From a virus (taxonomy: Duplodnaviria; Heunggongvirae; Uroviricota; Caudoviricetes), in IMG/VR virus record IMGVR_UViG_3300042997_001281, positions 181,394 to 245,393 of that record: DNA of 64,000 nucleotides, one strand, 5' to 3'. Position numbers and translations under genes: made by a program. How positions within the stretch are numbered: position 1 is the stretch's first letter; each line of letters begins with the position of its first letter. Below, piece by piece: positions 19,413 to 27,880 of this stretch. The notes under the pieces were generated by a model. It ran no database searches. It was given only the letters and a program-made list of their open reading frames with translations, and was not told the DNA's origin.

Positions 19413-20767
19413 ACTATACGATATAATTCAAATTTCTTTTTAGGTTTATAGTTTTTGAAAGTTGTTTCAATTCCATCAATTAATGAATCACACATCACTT
19501 TACTTGATAGGTTTTCGATTGCCCATTCTCTACCTTTTAATCCTCGTTCTTTTCTTCCTTCTTTACCCCAACCATAAACTTCAGAAATTGCACCGGCAAC
19601 ATCATTATTGTTTACTCTGTCTTCATAAATGAAAGGAGTTGGGACCGAACCATTTAGATTGTTAACGGATGGCCAAACGGGTACAACCCATTCACCATGT
19701 AAAGTTGAACCGTGTTTCTTTCTATTGTGGAGTGAACCGAATGTTATGTAATTGTCTGCGGTGTAATCAAAACCACATTGGTCTTGTAATCCACCTGTGA
19801 CATTAACAATGATTGGTGTGCCAGCCATTATACTTTCGGCGGTACCCAAACCAAAACCTTCGTTGTTCGCAATGTTAATTGTACAGTCAACAATATTATA
19901 CAACTCATTCAATTTATTCTGTTCCAATTTTAAGTTAACAAACTTAATATTATAGTCGGGACAAACACTTTTAGCCACCGCCGGTAGGTCGGTACCATTC
20001 TCATCGATTGGTGTGGTGTGCATTAACAATAAACATTTATCGGATTGTTCTTTAGGTAAAGAATCACAGAATAATTTATATGATAATATCACATCACCCG
20101 GTTGTTTTCTTTTGATGTTACGATTGTTATAGAATAGAATAAAATCATATTCTTTATCTTCGTAAATGTATTTCTTTAAATCATCAGCAACACTATCTGT
20201 TGGTTTGAACACATCTGAATTAATACCGTGAGGAACATAACTGATTTGCCAATCCTCCAAAGGTTTGAAGGTTGGTTCGTTATCCATTTTACCCACTCTA
20301 TGGACTAAACCATATGTTTGTTTGGAGATACAACCAATCCAATCACAACTTTCATAATTGTTTCTATTATAGGTTGGGTCAGGTAGGTTATCCCACACGT
20401 GGTAATATAGAATTGGAATTTGTTGTCTAATCTCATGTTCCGCCTCGTACAACCATTGCCAGTAATGTGGGTCGGTGAAGTGTAATATTGCGTCAGGTTT
20501 CTCAGACTCAATAAGAGACCTCAATGTAAAAATATTACCATATCCATTACTTGGAATGATTTTAAGGTTTGCATCAAGTACTCTTGTCTTCTCCCTAATG
20601 TCCGCATTTATATCTACAATTTTACCTGCCTCAGGATGGTTGATTGCACTACCCAACTGTACCCAATCGTACTTGTGAATAGTACCCATTACCAATTCTT
20701 TTGACATAGTAGCAACACCCGATGTCATTCTTAAATCATCAGATAATAATAGAATCTTTTTCTTCAT
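19409..20767 (-). CDS. Glycosyltransferase family 1/4 (GT-B fold)
   Basis: NNEGFGLGTAESIMAGTPIIVNVTGGLQDQ is a GT4 C-terminal signature. Confidence 0.7.
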   Translation of the reverse strand: MKKKILLLSDDLRMTSGVATMSKELVMGTIHKYDWVQLGSAINHPEAGKIVDINADIREKTRVLDANLKIIPSNGYGNIFTLRSLIESEKPDAILHFTDPHYWQWLYEAEHEIRQQIPILYYHVWDNLPDPTYNRNNYESCDWIGCISKQTYGLVHRVGKMDNEPTFKPLEDWQISYVPHGINSDVFKPTDSVADDLKKYIYEDKEYDFILFYNNRNIKRKQPGDVILSYKLFCDSLPKEQSDKCLLLMHTTPIDENGTDLPAVAKSVCPDYNIKFVNLKLEQNKLNELYNIVDCTINIANNEGFGLGTAESIMAGTPIIVNVTGGLQDQCGFDYTADNYITFGSLHNRKKHGSTLHGEWVVPVWPSVNNLNGSVPTPFIYEDRVNNNDVAGAISEVYGWGKEGRKERGLKGREWAIENLSSKVMCDSLIDGIETTFKNYKPKKKFELYRIV

Positions 20768-20769
20768 AG

Positions 20770-20967
20770 TTAGAATTTAGACCCCGTTGTTGCCAAACCG
20801 TTATGGTTGTTTATCTGGTCTCTAAAATCCTCTCTTGTATTGTATAAATCAAGAGCCCTATTAACTAACTTCTGTAGGTTAATTGAACCATCTATCGTGT
20901 TGATTTTGAATTTTTTGTACACATCATCTAAAATGTGAACACTCGTAAGTTTTGTCTGTGCTTTCAT
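20770..20967 (-). CDS. Small hypothetical protein, first gene of the minus-strand operon
   Basis: ORF of 65 aa lying 2 nt upstream of the GT4 gene. Confidence 0.4.
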   Translation of the reverse strand: MKAQTKLTSVHILDDVYKKFKINTIDGSINLQKLVNRALDLYNTREDFRDQINNHNGLATTGSKF

Positions 20968-21004
20968 ATAAGTATATAAATTTATATATATTATATGGTC
21001 AAAA

Positions 21005-21035
21005 AATAACGGACAGTTTTTACTCTATCCGTTAT
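21005..21035. promoter_or_regulatory. Inverted repeat ATAACGGA-N15-TCCGTTAT in the divergent intergenic region
   Basis: Perfect 8-bp inverted arms. AACCGATAA recurs at 21043 and 21293. The site lies between the minus-strand operon and the methyltransferase gene. Confidence 0.3.
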
Positions 21036-21053
21036 CTTAAAACCGATAATATA

Positions 21054-21227
21054 TTATTGTTCCCCCTGAGAATCAAGAGTTTCGTTAATCTCCTCAATCT
21101 TCTGTACCAACTGTTGAACCTGTTGGTCCATAGTAGTTGTTGGTTGAAATGTTTCGTTTAATGTTATTGTCGCTGGTGAAGGGTTCACTGTTGTTTGAAC
21201 GTTCTTCTTTTTACATCCGCATCCCAT
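21054..21227 (-). CDS. Small Q-rich hypothetical protein (57 aa)
   Basis: Reverse-strand ORF MGCGCKKKN…QQVQQLVQKIEEINETL that is not in the supplied track because it is under 60 aa. Confidence 0.25.
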   Translation of the reverse strand: MGCGCKKKNVQTTVNPSPATITLNETFQPTTTMDQQVQQLVQKIEEINETLDSQGEQ

Positions 21228-21316
21228 AATGTTTTTCTTTTTTATTAAATATTTGGTTTATTGGTTTTAATTCCTTATACTTTATCAGAAGATAACCGAT
21301 AAAAACGTAATTGTAA

Positions 21317-22174
21317 ATGGAATCGAATAAAATTTATAACGGAGATTGTGTTGAACTATTCAAAGAATTGGGTGATAACACAATAGATTTAGTGGTCACA
21401 TCACCACCATATAATGTTGGTATCGCATATGATACACATATAGACGATGTACCTATGGGTGATTACTTTGAGTGGTGTAGAACTTGGTTATCTGAAGTTT
21501 ACAGAACATTAAAGGACGATGGTCGTGTTGCGATTAACATACCTTATGAAGTAAACGTAAGGGAACGTGGCGGTCGTGTATTCATCGTATCTGAATACTG
21601 GCAGATAATGAAAGAGATTGGATTCGGTTTCTTTGGTGTTGTCGATTTAGAGGAAGATTCTCCACACCGTTCTAAAACAACTGCGTGGGGTTCGTGGATG
21701 TCACCGTCAGCACCGTACATATATAATCCAAAAGAATGTGTTATTCTTGCATATAAGAAAGACTACAAGAAGAAAGATAAAGGTATCTCAACGTGGTCAT
21801 ATACTGAAGCACAAGTTGACGTTGAGGTGGAAGAAGGTGAAGACCCCAAAACAAGAACTAAACGAATCTATTCTGATAAAGATAAGAATGAGTTTATGGA
21901 GTTGGTGTTCGGTCAGTGGAAATACTTCAACGATACGAAGTCATTAACTAAGGCAACCTTCTCAATGGATATTCCGGTTAAGGCAATTAAAATCCTTTCA
22001 TTTAAAAATGATTTGGTATTGGATTGTTTCTCAGGTTCGGGAACCACGGCACTTGCGGCAAAGAAATTGGGTAGAAACTATATCGGATTTGAACTATCTG
22101 AAAAGTACACCGAGATTTCTCGTCAGAGAATCAATCAGTTTGATTATAATTTGTTCCCCGAATACGAAGGTTAA
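21317..22174 (+). CDS. DNA methyltransferase, beta-class N4-cytosine or N6-adenine
   Basis: DLVVTSPPY (motif IV) precedes DLVLDCFSGSGTTALAA (motif I FxGxG). The IV-then-I order defines the beta class. SPPY favours N4-C, but N6-A is not excluded. Confidence 0.85.
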   Translation: MESNKIYNGDCVELFKELGDNTIDLVVTSPPYNVGIAYDTHIDDVPMGDYFEWCRTWLSEVYRTLKDDGRVAINIPYEVNVRERGGRVFIVSEYWQIMKEIGFGFFGVVDLEEDSPHRSKTTAWGSWMSPSAPYIYNPKECVILAYKKDYKKKDKGISTWSYTEAQVDVEVEEGEDPKTRTKRIYSDKDKNEFMELVFGQWKYFNDTKSLTKATFSMDIPVKAIKILSFKNDLVLDCFSGSGTTALAAKKLGRNYIGFELSEKYTEISRQRINQFDYNLFPEYEG

Positions 22175-22533
22175 CGAACGGGGTTCACAGGTGCACCTAA
22201 GTACATGGCAACCCTATCACCCACTTTAAAGTTATTAGCGGTTCCCGTTGGAAATTCAATGACATGGTCCCCGATACCGGTGTATCTCGGTGGATTAAGT
22301 TTATTTCCGGCGGGTTCGCAGTTTTTATGGATATGTGAAATTCTATTCTTATTCACGAATACAATGTCCAATGGTATGTAACAGTTCTTCATCCAAAACG
22401 AATGGTGACCCATTCCCATCTTGAAGACTATACAACCCTCAAGGGTGTCTCTACCCATCATTCCCTTCATTATTTCCTCGGGAGTCGACAGATATTCCGC
22501 CACGTACTGTTTATCGTTAATTATTACTGACAT
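22171..22533 (-). CDS. DUF192 (COG1430) family protein
   Basis: GMMGRD…GCIVFKMGMGHHSFWMKNCYIPLDIVFVNKN…GDHVIEFPTG…GDRV matches the DUF192 consensus (GLMxR…GMLF…FWMKNTxIPLDIIF…YVLE…GD). Confidence 0.65.
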   Translation of the reverse strand: MSVIINDKQYVAEYLSTPEEIMKGMMGRDTLEGCIVFKMGMGHHSFWMKNCYIPLDIVFVNKNRISHIHKNCEPAGNKLNPPRYTGIGDHVIEFPTGTANNFKVGDRVAMYLGAPVNPVR

Positions 22534-22546
22534 ATTACAATAATTA

Positions 22547-22580
22547 CTTGGAAATTTGAAAATAATTTCTTATATTTTTG
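22547..22580 (+). promoter_or_regulatory. Phage promoter, variant of the conserved palindromic -33 element plus TAnnTTTG -7 box
   Basis: CTTGGAAATTTGAAAA … TATATTTTTG sits immediately upstream of the ATG at 22583. Confidence 0.45.
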
Positions 22581-22582
22581 AT

Positions 22583-22789
22583 ATGAGTACACTTTTTAAC
22601 GGGGACTTTGAATATGAAGAGGAATCGGACTTTAAAGAATTCCTTGAAACTATTGAACCTGAAAACGCATTAAAACTTATCGATATCGCACTTACCCATG
22701 CGAACAAAGAAGGTGCGTTCACAATCGAAGAATCATATTGCATTTACAAATGCATAGATAAATTAAAAAAACAACAGAATGAAAATTAA
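22583..22789 (+). CDS. Hypothetical acidic protein
   Basis: ATG at 22583. The listed ORF begins at an upstream TTG. Confidence 0.45.
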   Translation: MSTLFNGDFEYEEESDFKEFLETIEPENALKLIDIALTHANKEGAFTIEESYCIYKCIDKLKKQQNEN

Positions 22790-23909
22790 ATTTGAGTACG
22801 TTTGGTTGGATGGATATTCACCCGAACCAAATCTTAGAAGTAAAATTAAAGTCGTTGACTATAACGGCGAGTTAACCATTGATGACATCTCTAACTGGGG
22901 ATTCGATGGAAGTTCAACAATGCAGGCGGAGGGTAACTTCTCCGATTGTTACTTAAAACCTGTTAGGTTTTATAAAAACAATAACAGTAAAGATGATTAC
23001 CCAACAGTTTATGTGTTGTGTGAAGTACTTGACGGAAACAATGAGATTCACCCATCAAATTACCGAGCAAAAGTTGGGGAAGAAGATACCGATTTTTGGG
23101 TTGGATTTGAACAAGAATATTTTATTCGTTCAGGACATAACCAACCTGTATTGGGTTTTGAAAATGGTGGGATGATTGACCCACAAGGAAAATACTATTG
23201 CGGTGTTGGTGGTCATGTTGTTGGTAGACTTATTAGTGATGAACATTTAGATATGTGTTTAAACTATGGTATCAATCTTGAAGGAACAAACGCAGAAGTT
23301 GCATTGGGTCAATGGGAATATCAAATCTTTGCTAAAGGTAAACTTAAAGGTGCTGATGACTTATGGATGTCTCGTTACTTCTTAAATAAAATTTCTGAAA
23401 GATATTCGGTGGCAATTGAGTTACACCCTAAACCAATTACGACAGGTGAATGGAATGGTTCAGGTTTACATGCCAATTTCTCAAACCAAAAAATGAGAGA
23501 GACAGGTGGGGAAGAATACTTCAACGCAATCTTTAAAACATTTGAAAGTAGGACAAAAATTCATATTGAAAATTATGGTTCCGATAATCATTTAAGATTA
23601 ACGGGTAAATTTGAAACACAATCAATTGATAAATTCAGTTGGGGTGTATCTGATAGAGGTGCATCAATTAGGGTTCCAAAAACCGTCGGAGAAACGTGGA
23701 GGGGTTATCTTGAAGATAGACGACCCGGTTCAAACGCTGACCCTTACAGAATCTTAACTGTTATTTGTAAATCACTATCATTAGCAGATGAGTTAAAAAA
23801 TACATTACATGTAATGTACGCTGAAATTAAAACCGATGACTTGTCAACAAAATACGGAACACTTTCAAACGATGAATTATTTGAAGAGTATAAAAAAGAC
23901 GAAGAATAA
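22779..23909 (+). CDS. Glutamine synthetase type II (eukaryote-type GS)
   Basis: Aligns colinearly with GSII: FEYVWLDG, WGFDGSSTMQAEGNFSDCYL, GFEQEY, GKYYCGVG, GTNAEVALGQWEYQI, KPITTGEWNGSGLHANFS, RLTG…ASIRVP…RGYLEDRRPGSNADPY. Confidence 0.9.
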   Translation: MKIKFEYVWLDGYSPEPNLRSKIKVVDYNGELTIDDISNWGFDGSSTMQAEGNFSDCYLKPVRFYKNNNSKDDYPTVYVLCEVLDGNNEIHPSNYRAKVGEEDTDFWVGFEQEYFIRSGHNQPVLGFENGGMIDPQGKYYCGVGGHVVGRLISDEHLDMCLNYGINLEGTNAEVALGQWEYQIFAKGKLKGADDLWMSRYFLNKISERYSVAIELHPKPITTGEWNGSGLHANFSNQKMRETGGEEYFNAIFKTFESRTKIHIENYGSDNHLRLTGKFETQSIDKFSWGVSDRGASIRVPKTVGETWRGYLEDRRPGSNADPYRILTVICKSLSLADELKNTLHVMYAEIKTDDLSTKYGTLSNDELFEEYKKDEE

Positions 23910-23913
23910 TAAA

Positions 23914-24276
23914 ATGGGTAAGGTATTTTTAATCGATATCGACGGAACAATCTGTGATGACATCAAAAACGAAGACAGTCATTTATATGTAACCGCAAAT
24001 CATTTCCCAAACGCATTGGATATAATCAATAAATGGTATGATGAAGGTCATATCATTACCTTCTTTACTGCAAGAGAAAGTAAAGACAGAGAAGTTACCG
24101 AAACGTGGTTAAAAGAAAAAGGTTTTAAATACCATGGATTGGTTATGGACAAACCAAGAATCAAAGACGGACAAGAGTATGTGTGGATTGATAACAGGAA
24201 AGTTAGGGCAATCACATATCTTGGAACATGGTCAGAATTAAAAGAAGTAGATGCCAAAATACAAACATTTGAATGA
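23914..24276 (+). CDS. HAD-superfamily hydrolase, small phosphatase or nucleotidase
   Basis: MGKVFLIDIDGTICDD carries HAD motif I (DxDGT). ATG at 23914. The listed ORF has an upstream extension that overlaps the GS gene. Confidence 0.5.
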   Translation: MGKVFLIDIDGTICDDIKNEDSHLYVTANHFPNALDIINKWYDEGHIITFFTARESKDREVTETWLKEKGFKYHGLVMDKPRIKDGQEYVWIDNRKVRAITYLGTWSELKEVDAKIQTFE

Positions 24277-25565
24277 TGAATAACATAGATAAACAATATC
24301 AATTACTCCTACAAGACATTCTTGATAATGGAGTTAAGAAAGAAACAAGAAATGGTGGTACCATTTCAGTATTTGGTAGACAAATACGTCATAAAATGAG
24401 TGAAGGGTTTCCTTTACTTACAACCAAGAAGATGGCTTGGAAAACTATTGTAACTGAATTATTATGGTTCTTACGTGGTGATACAAACATTAAATATTTA
24501 GTTGATAACAATTGTCACATTTGGAATGGTGATGCTTACCAAGCCTATATTAAAAGATATAATAAAGGTGAATATGTTGGTAAAACCAAATTATTAGAGA
24601 ATTCTAAGAAAAATAGAACATTAACTGAACCATTTACAATAGAAGAATTTATTGACAAAATCAAAACCGATGATGAGTTTGCTAAGAAATGGGGTGAGTT
24701 AGGTCCAATATATGGTAAACAATGGAGAAGTTGGGAAACCGAGGATGAATATCTCGATGGGGTATCATATTTCAAATACCCACCAATAGACCAAATCCAA
24801 AATCTAATCAACGACCTTAAAACAAATCCAGACTCAAGACGATTAATGGTTAGTGCTTGGAATGTGGGGGAGTTGGATAAAATGACTTTACCTCCTTGTC
24901 ATTATGGATTTCAAGTTTATACAAGAGAGTTGAGTTTGAATGATAGAGTATTAGAATTTACAAAAAGAGATTTAGACCCTTCTGAGTTTAGAAGAGGTGG
25001 TAATTATGGGACAGTAATTCCTGAAGAAAGGACATTAGAAGTTCTAAACAATCATAATATCCCAACAAGAGCAATCTCATTAATGTGGAATCAACGTTCA
25101 GTAGATACATTCTTAGGTTTACCATTCAACATTGCATCTTATGGATTGTTATTGGAAATAATTGCTAAAACTGTTAATATGGTACCTGATGAGTTGATTG
25201 GTAATTTAGGTGATGTACATTTGTATTCAAATCATATTGAACAGGCTAAAGAACAGATTGGAAGAAAATACACTCACGAAGAGAGAACAGAATTGTTAAA
25301 GACCGCAATGGGTGATTTTTATAAAACAGCGGTTGATGAACAAGTACCATTCGGTGGTGGTTTAAGTGAGTATTATAATTCTTACAAAATACCAAATCAC
25401 ACAAGAGAACCATTTAAATTACCCACATTAAAAATCAATTCAGGTAATGAAAATTGGCATTTATTAACCGTAGATGAGGTTATTAATACTTTAGATGTGG
25501 ATATCACTTTTAAAACGGATAATTACCAATCGCATTCAACAATTAAGGCGCCCTTGTCCAATTGA
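24273..25565 (+). CDS. thyA: Thymidylate synthase ThyA family, dUMP-specific, with three insertions
   Basis: Colinear with E. coli ThyA: R..GT.S.FG.Q.R, GFPLLTTKK, ELLWFLRGDTN, GPIYGKQWR, DQIQNLINDLKTNPDSRR, VSAWNVGELDKMTLPPCH, RSVDTFLGLPFNIASY with the Asn retained, GDVHLYSNH and C-terminal IKAPL. It carries about 50-aa, 50-aa and 40-aa insertions relative to the 264-aa enzyme. Confidence 0.88.
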   Translation: MMNNIDKQYQLLLQDILDNGVKKETRNGGTISVFGRQIRHKMSEGFPLLTTKKMAWKTIVTELLWFLRGDTNIKYLVDNNCHIWNGDAYQAYIKRYNKGEYVGKTKLLENSKKNRTLTEPFTIEEFIDKIKTDDEFAKKWGELGPIYGKQWRSWETEDEYLDGVSYFKYPPIDQIQNLINDLKTNPDSRRLMVSAWNVGELDKMTLPPCHYGFQVYTRELSLNDRVLEFTKRDLDPSEFRRGGNYGTVIPEERTLEVLNNHNIPTRAISLMWNQRSVDTFLGLPFNIASYGLLLEIIAKTVNMVPDELIGNLGDVHLYSNHIEQAKEQIGRKYTHEERTELLKTAMGDFYKTAVDEQVPFGGGLSEYYNSYKIPNHTREPFKLPTLKINSGNENWHLLTVDEVINTLDVDITFKTDNYQSHSTIKAPLSN

Positions 25566-25636
25566 TATGAAAAATAACCAACAATTAAAGCACCTTTTTC
25601 ACAACTTTTATATATTTATACTAAAAGAAATAATAT

Positions 25637-26299
25637 ATGGCAGTTGTTTATTTACACAAAAAGAAAAATACTAATGAAGTTTTTTATGTTGGGATTGGCC
25701 TTTATGAAGAAAGAGCTTATTCTTATAGAAATAGAAACATACATTGGAAAAACGTTGTTGCTAAATATGGATATGATGTTGAAATTATTGAATCGGATAT
25801 TGAATGGGAAGGTGCATGTGATACTGAAAAATATTTAATTCAAAAATATGGTAGAGATACATTGACAAATATGACAGATGGCGGTGAGGGGTTATTCAAT
25901 CCATCAGATGAAGTTAGAGAAAAGTTAAGATACCCAAAAACAGAAGAGCATAAACAAAAATTAAGAGAGTATCAAATTGGGGTAACGCAATCTGAAGAAA
26001 CAATACAAAAAAGAATATCACATGGATTTCATAAATCTGATGAGTATAGATATAAAATGAGTATTGCATTATCAGGTGATAATAATCCAATGAAAAAAGA
26101 AGAGAATAGAGAAAAATTAAGGAAACCAAAACCACCAAGAACAAAAGAACATAGTAAAAAAATAAGTGAAACCAAAAAGGGAAAACCTACATGGAACAAA
26201 GGTAAAACTTTAGAAAAATTTGTTTGTGATATTTGTAGCAAACAAATTGGTGGGTATGGTAATCTATTACAACACAAAAAGAAACATTTATCAAATTAG
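25637..26299 (+). CDS. GIY-YIG homing endonuclease with NUMOD3-like repeats
   Basis: VVYLHKKKNTNEVFYVGIG…R…HWKN is a GIY-YIG motif. It has a basic C-terminal region with repeated …E(E/T)xxKxS/R… helices. It is free-standing immediately downstream of thyA. Confidence 0.8.
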   Translation: MAVVYLHKKKNTNEVFYVGIGLYEERAYSYRNRNIHWKNVVAKYGYDVEIIESDIEWEGACDTEKYLIQKYGRDTLTNMTDGGEGLFNPSDEVREKLRYPKTEEHKQKLREYQIGVTQSEETIQKRISHGFHKSDEYRYKMSIALSGDNNPMKKEENREKLRKPKPPRTKEHSKKISETKKGKPTWNKGKTLEKFVCDICSKQIGGYGNLLQHKKKHLSN

Positions 26300-26303
26300 A
26301 ATT

Positions 26304-26507
26304 ATGATACTACAAGAATTAAAAGAATGGATTAACAAACTCCCTGAGGAGTTTATGGAATACTCAATGGTTAATGGAGAAGAAGGAATACTCGATGGAG
26401 AACATTTCTATAGGGTCGATAAACCAGTAACTGCGTTGTTAGTTGATAAGGAACATAAGGAAATTATTATATTAAATAGTACGGAAGAAACGCCCGAAGT
26501 TGAGTAA
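26304..26507 (+). CDS. Hypothetical protein
   Basis: ATG at 26304. The listed ORF has an upstream extension that overlaps the endonuclease gene. Confidence 0.4.
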   Translation: MILQELKEWINKLPEEFMEYSMVNGEEGILDGEHFYRVDKPVTALLVDKEHKEIIILNSTEETPEVE

Positions 26508-26515
26508 TTATCTAT

Positions 26516-26764
26516 ATGGAAAACAATCAATTAACATTTGAAGATTTCAAAGTTGCAGCACACGATAAAGTGGACGCAATTGTACAAGGATATAAGAATT
26601 TTGGAAATACAACCGAGTTCCAAGACCTTAAAGATAAAATAGGTGAACAACCGGCAGAAGACATTTGGGAAACCATGCAGAGAGTAAGTTACGAAGACCA
26701 ATACGAACACGTAATGAAAATGTCTTATGATGATTACCTGAAAGGATTATTTAATTTGGATTAA
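26516..26764 (+). CDS. Hypothetical protein
   Basis: ORF of 82 aa with ATGA-type coupling to the next gene. Confidence 0.45.
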   Translation: MENNQLTFEDFKVAAHDKVDAIVQGYKNFGNTTEFQDLKDKIGEQPAEDIWETMQRVSYEDQYEHVMKMSYDDYLKGLFNLD

Positions 26765-27006
26765 TGTTTATCCACATCACACCTGACGAATTTGTAGAAG
26801 AGTTTAGAGAATCTTGGAAATTGGGGTACATATCCCAACCTTCAATAGATTATGCAACAAACGCAATCCATGTTTGGTTTGAGGGTAGAGATTGTATTTT
26901 ATTTAATTTTAAGGATTATGGTTGGTTTAATGATAACCGATTCAATACATATAGTATGTCATCGGGACCCGCAGGGATAACGATACAAATAACAAAAACT
27001 AGATAA
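26764..27006 (+). CDS. Hypothetical protein
   Basis: ORF of 80 aa. Confidence 0.45.
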   Translation: MFIHITPDEFVEEFRESWKLGYISQPSIDYATNAIHVWFEGRDCILFNFKDYGWFNDNRFNTYSMSSGPAGITIQITKTR

Positions 27007-27545
27007 TGAAACTAATGGATATTATTAATGAAGAAAACAAACCAAAGTACGAATTTGGTTGTGCAATGTTGTACTTCGCATTTCCTGAAATGAAGTACAT
27101 CCACGGTATGATTGACCCTAACGATGTTTACACCGAAGAAGAAGATGGTTCATTCGGATTGGAGACAGAACCACATACCACATTACTATATGGTTTACAC
27201 GATGGTGTATCCATTGATGATGTAAAAAATGTATTGAATAAACACACATACCCATCATGTAAAGTACATAACCCGTCATTGTTTAAGAACAAACAATATG
27301 ATGTATTAAAGTTCGATGTTGAGGGTGACAGTCTTCATGATGCAAATGGTGAATTGAGAGGGTATCCACACACAAACGATTATCCTGATTACCACCCACA
27401 TTTAACCGTGGCATATCTTAAACCGGGAACGGGTAATAAGTACATTAGGAAGATGATAGGTTTAAATTACGAACTAACACCACAACATGCGGTGTATTCA
27501 CAACCAAACGGAGAAAAAACAAAGATAAAGATAAACGTAGACTAA
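27006..27545 (+). CDS. 2H phosphoesterase superfamily protein (LigT/ThpR/Acb1-like)
   Basis: Two H-x-T/S-x motifs, HTTLLYG and HLTVAYL, spaced about 85 aa apart in a 179-aa protein. This is the 2H fold signature. Confidence 0.6.
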   Translation: MKLMDIINEENKPKYEFGCAMLYFAFPEMKYIHGMIDPNDVYTEEEDGSFGLETEPHTTLLYGLHDGVSIDDVKNVLNKHTYPSCKVHNPSLFKNKQYDVLKFDVEGDSLHDANGELRGYPHTNDYPDYHPHLTVAYLKPGTGNKYIRKMIGLNYELTPQHAVYSQPNGEKTKIKINVD

Positions 27546-27550
27546 ATTAA

Positions 27551-27880
27551 ATGGAGAGTAGCATTAAGAAGGGTGGAATTAAATTAAATAAAATAATAAA
27601 GGAATATAAGAGCGCAACCACACATGAAATTTGGGAAGGTATCCGTGATAACTTCACCTTTGGATTCATTGGGGCAACTTTAGTAGTATTCATTTCAACA
27701 CGAACCGACATTGCGGTTTTGTTTGGTTATATCATATACTATTACTTTATGGGTACAATTGTTAACAGACCAAAGTATGTGACCGATTTGGGTAAAATGA
27801 TTGTATTTCCAATACCATCCGCTCTCGGTGCATTTGCCGGTTATAAACTATCTTATATCCTACTACAGATGATAAGTTAA
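27551..27880 (+). CDS. Small membrane protein
   Basis: Two or three hydrophobic segments. Confidence 0.45.
   Translation: MESSIKKGGIKLNKIIKEYKSATTHEIWEGIRDNFTFGFIGATLVVFISTRTDIAVLFGYIIYYYFMGTIVNRPKYVTDLGKMIVFPIPSALGAFAGYKLSYILLQMIS

Noticed and set aside
20952-21161. 69-aa plus-strand ORF in the divergent intergenic region
   Set aside because: Low-complexity Leu/Asn-rich translation overlapping promoter and operator sequence. A minus-strand small ORF (21054-21227) is a more plausible, though still weak, alternative.
26768-26776. Perfect DnaA box TTATCCACA
   Set aside because: It is a single copy inside a coding region and is expected by chance in 64 kb. It is not clustered, so I do not call it an origin.
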